Below, one piece after another: positions 56,101 to 64,000 of a DNA stretch of 64,000 bases; the first letter of the stretch is position 1, and every line of letters begins with the position of its first letter. The notes below the pieces were generated by a model. That model ran no database searches. It saw only the letters and a program-made list of their open reading frames with translations, and was not told the origin of the DNA. Both the position numbers and the translations under genes were made by a program. The stretch is from Thalia democratica. Lineage: Eukaryota. The stretch spans positions 21,266,001 to 21,330,000 of the forward strand of contig OZ241827.1 of the NCBI GenBank assembly GCA_965202585.1, read 5' to 3'.

Positions 56101-59100
56101 TTAAGTGAAATTATTAATGGTAAAACCTATCAAAGACAGCAATCAAGTTGTCTCTAGCTACAGTTGACTTGATATTAAAAGCTTCCTAGTAAAACAGCAT
56201 AAATGATTAATTTTTGTTCAGCTAAAGCAATCTTTTCCAGTTTCATATTAAAGTTAACCATGAAATTACGCTTTAATATGTTAAGTAAAAAAACTTTGAT
56301 TGAGAAATTAAGTGCATTTCTAAATTTAAATTAAACTTTTATAAACTATAAAGTATATATTAGGTTTTTAAGTTTATAATACAATCACTTTCATTTTTAA
56401 AAATTTTTACTTTATTTATTTATGTCTTAATTATTATTAGACTTTGAATTATAAAGTTAAGATATAGAGCTTTTATTAAAAGTTTTATTTAGAATACAAG
56501 TTATTTTAACAAAAATATTGCGTGTTTTCAAAAATTAATGTTTTTTTAACTATTTTTTAGTTGTATTTTTATTAGTAAATAATAAATTTAAGTTTTTTTT
56601 TGTTAAATATTAGATACAATTTTTTTTTATATAATATTCTTATATGAATCTTTAAGGTGTATTATATTTTGGTTTTACAATTAACCTTTTTTTAAAAACT
56701 ATATAGATAAAAGAAAATATTTGTTATGATAAGGATTTTATTTTGTAATTTTATAGTTACTACTAGCAAACTTTCTGCATGTATAGTGTAAGCTAATTTT
56801 TTGTTTCTTATAAGACAATACCTGCATAAAATATTCAATTATTTCTATACTTACCTAGTTTTTTAACTTAAGAATATCAACAAAAGAGCAATATACCTAG
56901 TAACACCAAGTATGCGTAAATTAAATTTTTAACTCATACTTTCTTGGTAAAACAAAAAAATGCACGTATAATGTAATTCTGTTGAATTAAGTGGATATGA
57001 TAACAAGGGTTGACTTAGGAAGTGAAATGTTATTTCATCATACTGACGTTTTAAGCAAAACTACTGTATTGATCTTATTCATTGTTCGGTTATTAAAAAC
57101 ATGGTTTTATAAGCTTCCGTTCAGTTAACATATACATTGTTAATACAACAAATATTGAGAAAATATCTTGAGCAAGCCATCAGTTTACAAAAACTTATAG
57201 CATGATTAGTGTTTTATTAAATTGACATTATAATCAAAGAGCATTATTTATATATTCTTTTTGTTTGACTAAACAGGTATTCGTAAATATTTATTATAAT
57301 ATGGAGAAAAAAAGTAGTTAGACAAACAAATATTATTTTGCATAGAATTTAAAAAGCTTGTCTAAATCTTTTTTTGTATTTGGTGTTCAATGCGATGTTG
57401 CTGTGAAAATCACGTCTCATTTAACAAACTTAAATATTTTTTCCAGTCAACTATTTGATAACCTTCAACTGTTATTTGAAACCAACTGTTTTTTAGTTTT
57501 TTTTAATGATGTGATAAACAAGTCAACACTTGAAAAAAAAAATTTAACCTGTTAATGAATAATATTACTAAACTTTACAATAGTTACATCTGTTTTCGAT
57601 TTATATCAGATTCAGATAATTTCTACTCAGAAATTTTGTAAATAGATATTTATCTCAAACAAGCAAAACTGTATGACTAAGAATTATAAAGAAATATCTC
57701 TTTATTTTTATATTTGCTAAGTTTTGATATTTTTGTTATTTTTGGTTTAAACATAGTAATAACTTTTATAATTCTTTAGCAAAAAATCAAGTGTCTTTGC
57801 AATTTTGAAGGTGTTTACCGAAATTTGACGTTTTTTGCAATAAAGTTAACTTTACTTAATTCAATAACATTTTATTTTAGTGTTATTTTACAAGCAATAA
57901 AAAGCTATTCTTTTGATAAGGATAAATTTAAAGCGATGATAACTATGAAGAGCAAAAATTAAAACTTACCAGAAGTAAATACTTTTATTATAATAACAGC
58001 GGTTTTTATGCTTTGAGACTTATAAACAAAAACTTAAGATATTTATTGAAATCTAAAAAGTTTTTTCTTTTTAAATCAAAAGAAGTATCTAAAACAAAAG
58101 TTTAAATTTGACATAGTAACAGTAAGTTTCTGTTTGATTTATATTCTTAGGAATTTTTATTATTAATACTGGGGTTTGTTAACTTTAAACGGGAAACAAA
58201 AACAAAAAAAACTTTGGAGGCAATTGATATTGCCGCCAAAAATTAAAATAGATTGTTTTTTAGAAAATTAATTTAAAAAAAGTTCTGGTATAGCTTTATA
58301 ACTAACTTTGATACCTTAAAAATTACATTCATCAAAAAATACTTTTAATAAGCAAAAAGCTTTGTTAAATATTAATTAAATTTACATGGCTGTAACTGGA
58401 TAAAAACTAATTATTTATACGAATAATTTCTACTTATATCTGAAAGTTAATCTGATAAAAGTGGTTAAAAAACAAATTTGTGAATTAAAAAACAAACTGA
58501 CATTAATAAAGTGTAAACATGAGATTTTTATTTCAAATGATTTTATTTTAACAACAAATTAAATGATATCCAATTTTTAATTGATACGTCACAATAAGAT
58601 TAACTTCAAACTTCATAATCAAAATTACAAATAAATTGTAATTTTGAAAATTTAATTTAGTTTTAATTAAGTTTGTTGATTAACAACGGTTGTTTTATAA
58701 GAAAAAAAAAAATATTTAATTTTTTGAAACTAATCTTAAATAAACCATTCTGATTTTTTTCTTAATGTCTAAGTATAAAAGTACTTAGTTTAACATTAGT
58801 TCTCCAAGATGTTTTAGGTAAAATTAGAGACTTAAGTTAAAGATTTAAAAGCAAAACAAATTGGTTTAATAGTATTTTATGGTTAACTAAAAAGTGTAAA
58901 CGAGTTTTAGTTTGATAATTTAAGTAAATTTTGTTTAATTACAAAAAAATTAAACTTATATTTCTAAACATATAGTTCAATACTTTTAGTTTAATAGTAC
59001 AGAGTTTTTTTCTTAAATGAATACTTCAGTTTTACCAAATTTATAAAAATTATAAAAGAGTAATATATTTTTTTGTATTAAACTATGAAACTTAACTTTA

Positions 59101-59582
59101 AATGATAAATTGTATTTTTCTTACTTTGCATGTTATTAAAAAAGAAAAACGTTATTTTAATGATTAAATGTTTCAAAAGTTGAAGATTTTTAGCTTGAAA
59201 ACAAAATAAAAAATTATCGAAACAAGTTTAAGAAATATATGTTTACTAAATGTTCTTAGAAGAGTAGTTATTGTTAATTATATGTCAATTACAACCGTGG
59301 GACCTAAACACACAACTTAATATAATAGTATATTACAACTTTATTTACAAGAGATTTTATTACACTACTTGATTGCAGTTGATCAAAAAGTAAATTAATT
59401 TTAGAAATGTTTCTTTTACGCCTCAAATAAAACTTAATGAACTTAATAACAATTATTTTTTTTGTTAACACTTTAAAAAAAACATAAAATGCAAATAAAT
59501 AATAATTAGAAAGCAATACATTTAATCTTTACTGTATCAATAACAAAAAAAATAGAAAGAAAATATTCATGTTTCTATAGTT

Positions 59583-59651
59583 TTACGACTGTAAAAACGT
59601 GACTATAACAATAAAGAATTTTTGCTGGTAATTTACCATGAAATCAATAAA
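59583..59651 (+). repeat. Dispersed AT-rich repeat (pairs with 23642-23718)
   Basis: Same two exact blocks as at 23642-23718. Confidence 0.65.
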
Positions 59652-62600
59652 AATCATAAATACAGTTATCATTTTATTGTAAATAACTAACAACCTGTTT
59701 TATAAAGCTCGTTAAACTTTCTAAAAAAGAAATAAATGAAAAAATTAATCAACATGCTTAATAATGTTTTGAGTAAAGTTTTATGTTTTCATCAAAAGTT
59801 ATAAAAAAAAAACAGTAAGATTTTGATTAATGACAAAGTAGTTATGGGACCGACGTTTTTTATAGTATACAGTCTAATATTGATACTTATAATGAATAAA
59901 AAGACTATAAAAAAGAATTTAAAACATAGTAGGTAACTGACTCGTGGATAGATATATTTCCTGAGAAAATTACAACCAATTTAAAAACAAACTAGTTTTA
60001 CAAACCATTTATTTCAAATGGTATTATTTTTGTTCTAAAGTGAAACGTAATTCTAGACAAAAAAGTTTCATAAAAGAAAATTATCAATATGATTGTTACC
60101 ACCATACCTTTATTTAATACAAAAAAAATTAAATAAAAAGAATGTAAGTTCTGTATTCCTTTCTTATTTATGTTAATTAACTCAAAAATATATAGAATAT
60201 TATATATCCAATATAGTCAAAAAAATATATAAATAAATGAAGTTGTTCCAAATGGTTTAAATTTCATTTTCATTATTTCAATAAACTGTTAAAAATTCAA
60301 ACATTTTTGTATAATTGTTATAAAAACAATTTATTTTTAGTTATAAATGAAGTTTTTAAAGTAGATAACTTAGTCAAAAGTTTAAACTCAATCAAAACAG
60401 TTTAACTTTAAACGTTAATTTAAAGAAAAAAAAATTAACTATACTTAATATTTTTTACAATGAATTTATTATTTAAAAACTTTACAACGTCTATAGTTTT
60501 TTTTATTAAAATGTCAAATAGTTTAATAAAACAATTTTTCTTTTTGTTTGTTACCATCAACGTATGTAGATGTTTTTTTATTTTAAACACATATCATGCA
60601 GTTATTTTTACAAAAATTATAAAACTAAAAGGACTACATGTTTTATTTTAGTGTTTTAATTAATTTAAAATTTTATAATAAAACAGCTTTTTTTCATATT
60701 ATGTGGTAAAATTAGAAAACTTAAATTTTTCTAACACTTAGGAAATCTTGAAGTATTACCAATAAATCTTAAAATTTATACATTAAATTGTACTACTATA
60801 GACAAAGACTTACAAGCTTTCACTAGCTTTCTTTAATCTACAACTAAGTACAGAGCTCTTTTAAGAAGCAAGAACTCGACATTATTTTAGCGAACAATTG
60901 CCAAATTTAAATAACTTACAATCCCTGATCTAATCAAGCCGAAAACTACAAAACAGTTAATGTTTAATAAAACATTTATTTCCGTCTAAAGGTCTTCAAT
61001 GCAAGTTGAAAGACTTTTGTGTATAAAGATAATAAGTGGATTATAATGTTTGAAAATATTTACTAAAACTTAATTAATCTTTCTTTCAGAACAAATAATG
61101 TATTATTAATGTAAGTATTTTTGTTTCGACTAAAGAGTGTCAAAATAAAAGAAAGTATCGTTTGCCAGAAAATTCTGACTAATTTATTTAAAGATACTTG
61201 TAAACAATAAAAGTAGTTCTTACAGATTATATTGATTTTACTTTTACTAATTTTTATTTGCTTTTTATACAAGGTAATCTTATAATAATAAACTAAAAAA
61301 TGATAACTAAAGATAAAGTTTGACAGGTTTCTTAATGTAACCAATCATTTGTTTTGTTTTAACTTGTAACGTATGTTTTCCGTTAGCTTTGATTGTGTAT
61401 AAAAGTTTTAGAAGATTGTTTCCTATTGAAAACAAACATTGGTTTAAAGTATTTCTTAAACAATATGTCACGTTTTATTGAAAAAAATGTTTTTTTTATT
61501 CAAACAAACTAAGTATATCTGTTTTGGATCCGCAGTCATAAAACAACCCGTATTTAAATCTATTTTTATGACGCGAAACTTTTGTAAATTAAATAGACAT
61601 TTCTTTTTAAATGTAATTACTTTTTTGACTCATTTTTTCCCTCGTTGAATATAAGCAAGTATACTCATTTTTTAACAAGTAAAATATTTAGTGTTTTAGT
61701 TACCATTAATTAAAAGAATAATACATAACTTAATTAAAAGTATCACATGTTATACGAGTTATATCCTTTTTTATATGACCTAAAATATTTCATTTATGTA
61801 TTGCTTCTTTTTAAAATTTAAATATATTAGTGTATCAGATTACTTTTAATATAAATATATAATTCAAGACACGGTGTACACCGAAAATTTATACTCTTTC
61901 GTTTTTTGTTTTTTTTTTTTGAATATATCAAACCAATTGTATTTATTTTATGTCTAGTTAAACATTTATATTGTACTTAAATATTGAGACATTAGTACTT
62001 ATAGCGCTAAAATAATACTAATATTTTTGCTAGTTCGTAGAAATAAGCTTAACTGTACTGTACGATTTAAACTTTAAACATCCAAAGTAATGAAAAAAAA
62101 ACAGTTTTTCTAATAATACTTGATAAAAAACTTCTTCATTCGAAATATACTCTAATTGAAAACTTATAAAAAACATAAAAAAAGTAATGCTGGGTTTGTA
62201 AACGATTTTTGTTATCTTTATTTATATTTTTTTGTATAATTACAAAATATTTTAAAGACTTATATTTCAATAAAGTTACGAAATATGTAACCGGCGTTAG
62301 AATATTTTCAAACCGCTTATTTGTGGTCAGTTTAATGTGGTTTCAACACAATAAGGTTTGAAAGTTATTTCTCAAAACGCATTCATTCTTCAAGCAAATA
62401 ATTAAAATATATTTCAACTTTCACCGCAAAACGAACTTTATCACCTTAGATTTTCTTTAAGGCCTTTTATTTGTGACGTCATTCGTGGAATTACTACGGT
62501 TCGCCGTATTTTCTTATTGAAATACTAAAAATTACATTACTTCAAAGACTTGAGTATAATTTTGTTTCCTAACAGTTAAGTTTTATATGATAATGTTATG

Positions 62601-64000
62601 TTTATAATAGTCGAAAACAAGTGCTCATAAACGAAGTTAACTGTGCGATTGTGTGTTCTAACAATAAAAAGTTAAGTTTTATTTTTATAATGTTGGTTTT
62701 CTCTTTTACTATGACTTTAATGCTTTTAAACATCTGTTAAAAATTTCTTAGACACAATTAGGTGTTTTCAAAGTGTTTTATGTTTTATCTGCTATATTTT
62801 GTTTTACTTTCTTGTAAATTATTACTTTTATTTATATTTTTATAATGTAAGGGTCAATATAAGCAACATGGATAACTTATTTCTATACTTATCTATTTTT
62901 CACAACAAAACTTTCATATTTTATAATGTACAAATATGATACTACATTATAACGCTATATAAATATAATACTATTATATAATAATTTTTTGATACATAAC
63001 TAGTTATCATTTTTTTTATGATCTTCGTTCTGATTATATCATAAATCTATAATATAGCAGAATAAAAATGTGAAATAAAACAAAAAAATTCAATTAAAGC
63101 TTAATTAAAAAATTTAAGTAGGTTTCAATTTGTTATCGAATAATAGAGCCGTTTATTGTTTATGATAAAAAAAACACAAAATGTGAATGAAAATTTTGAA
63201 AAACAGTGTCTACAATGTAGACTCTACATAAATTACTACTCGATGCTTTACATTAGTTTTAGGAAAACAATAACTTTTTAAAAAATAAATGGTAAGATTT
63301 GTGTGATATAACAAAAATACTTTAAAAAGTTAGGTGACATCCTACAAATTTGCACGTAATATTTTTATTAACTTGTTAGATTAATTTAAAATTTAAGTAA
63401 TCTATAGAAATTAATTTATATGTGTAATGTTAGTTAAAATAAGGAAACAAAGGTTAAATAAAAAACAAGTTTGCAAACTTAAACTAAAAATTTATTGAAA
63501 AACAAGCTATCTAAATTGCAAAGTTAAAGCAACAAAAATAAATTTAATATAATAATTCACCTTTTTCACAATCTTAAGAAAATTTTATTTAGACTATGTT
63601 TTGTTTGATAAACAAATATTCGAACTAACTCCTAAAGTACTTGAACATTTAAATTTTAAAAAGTTTAACATAATTATTTTATAAAAAACAAACAAACTAA
63701 AACCATTTTAACTAAAATATTTTAATTTTAAACATATTGATATAGTTTTTATATTGTTATTAAAATTTTTTATGAAAGTTTACGAATTAATTAACTCAAA
63801 AATTTCAAGATTAGGTTTATACTATTTCAATTATTTTTTTTTTTTATGTGTTATACTTGTTATTTGTTCTAATAAAATTGGCTAAATAAATATCTAGATT
63901 TACAAACTACTAACTTTTTCCTTTTTCTCTCTCTTTTATTGTTTTGAAAATATTGTTATGTAAAAATCATGTATAAAAATTTGACCGATTATTTGGCTAA

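Noticed and set aside
36200-64000. Track ORFs in the flank (e.g. 38948-39262, 42711-42944, 51456-51686, 54877-55182, 61063-61344)
   Set aside because: F/L/K/I/N-rich translations typical of random AT-rich DNA, with no splice or domain support.
1-64000. CRISPR array, operon, prophage, rRNA or other prokaryotic/defence system
   Set aside because: No regularly spaced direct repeats and no long intronless ORFs. The window is spliced animal DNA.

Overview
This is eukaryotic (animal) genomic DNA, roughly three-quarters A+T by eye. I found no prokaryotic systems, CRISPR arrays or RNA genes that I can support. The dominant feature is one multi-exon gene on the minus strand encoding an ADAMTS metalloprotease of the ADAMTS16/18 type. 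I traced 22 coding exons by hand from 35510 down to the stop codon at 12298. All have GT-AG boundaries and consistent phases, totalling 3743 nt (about 1247 aa without the N-terminus). The domain order is prodomain, furin site RFRR, reprolysin domain with intact HETGHSLGMRHD and Met-turn, disintegrin-like domain, TSR1, Cys-rich domain, spacer, five further TSRs and a PLAC domain. Several exons are missing from the supplied ORF track or appear there in the wrong frame. The signal-peptide exon is unresolved, and there are competing candidates. The flanks (1-12.2 kb and 36-64 kb) are non-coding. They hold short hAT-type MITEs, SINE-like remnants, other dispersed repeats and GC-richer islands that look regulatory. 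A tunicate origin is my guess (from gene architecture and recurrent TGACGTCA(T/C)-type motifs), not something the sequence proves. I found no clearly novel biological system. The most interesting points are protein-level departures from vertebrate ADAMTS16/18, extreme exon-by-exon GC3 variation, frequent GTT splice donors and the unresolved 5' end.
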